A stretch of DNA of 64,000 bases, taken from the NCBI GenBank assembly GCA_026770705.1, contig JANJGN010000003.1, positions 143,406,001 to 143,470,000 on the forward strand, written 5' to 3'. Source of the DNA: Isurus oxyrinchus (taxonomy: Eukaryota). A program made the translations under genes and the position numbers. The notes under the pieces were generated by a model. It saw only the letters and a program-made list of their open reading frames with translations, was not told the origin of the DNA and made no database searches. Below are positions 63,439 to 64,000 of this stretch, one piece after another; within the stretch, counting starts at the first letter, position 1, and each line of letters opens with the position of its first letter.

Positions 63439-64000
63439 GGCCTGAATTTTACCCTCGGCGTATGCGCGCATTCAGAGGACCCAGAAGCAGATTCGAAATC
63501 CACTGCCACCAGCAATTAGATGCCAACCTCGATTTCACGCTGGCTGGCCAAGCAACAGCCAGCCAGCATGAACGGCATGCTGACACTAGCTCAACGTTGT
63601 CAGCAGGGGCAGGAGCATGGTGGGCGCTGGGTCCAATGTGGTTCCAGAGGGTAGGATTTAAAAGTGCACTGAGAACTCCTTGAAGGCTGCCAAGAGCTAT
63701 CAGGTGCCTAAGGGAGCTTTCTGACATTGCCTGGAAGGAGTAACGAATTTTTTGATTTATGCAGGACCTGCAGCCCACACCAGATGGGATGGCAATGCCG
63801 GTGGGCACTTTGTCCCCCACTTCTCAAATGATTGCCTGCGTGCTCTGCTGGAGGCAGTGAGCGCCTGGCAGGATATATTAAGCCCGCAGGATAGTAAGAG
63901 GAGGCCACCTCATCAAACAATGAAGGCATGGAAGGAGGTGGCTGCCCACGTGAGCATGCATGATGCTGTGCACCACACTTGGATCCAATGCCAAGCGAGG
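63439..64000 (+). mobile_element. Harbinger left end and start of a Myb/SANT exon (runs off the window)
   Basis: TIR ggcctgaatttt; LLEAVSAWQDIL...KAWKEVAAHVS...TWIQC. Confidence 0.8.

Overview
This is repeat-dense vertebrate DNA. The repeat repertoire points to a cartilaginous fish, probably a shark (inference). I found no confidently identifiable host gene, RNA gene or CRISPR array; most of the window is decayed transposons. These include several CR1 LINEs (one near full-length with an SGNH-esterase ORF1), an RTE LINE, L2 fragments, Penelope elements with GIY-YIG domains and hammerhead-like pLTR cores, four Gypsy-type LTR element remnants (one Gmr1/SCAN-like), SINEs, a hAT MITE, and a heavy load of PIF/Harbinger DNA (seven Myb/SANT gene copies, two transposase remnants, several MITEs). 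The clearest structure is a ~17 kb nested stack at 27.6-44.5 kb, whose order can be read from LTRs, PBS/PPT, TIRs and TSDs. Other oddities are a perfect 80-bp palindrome, a 21-bp minisatellite with open frames on both strands, tiny ribozyme-like Penelope inserts inside Harbingers, a local templated inversion, and speculative minus-strand exons. All calls were made by eye without database searches.
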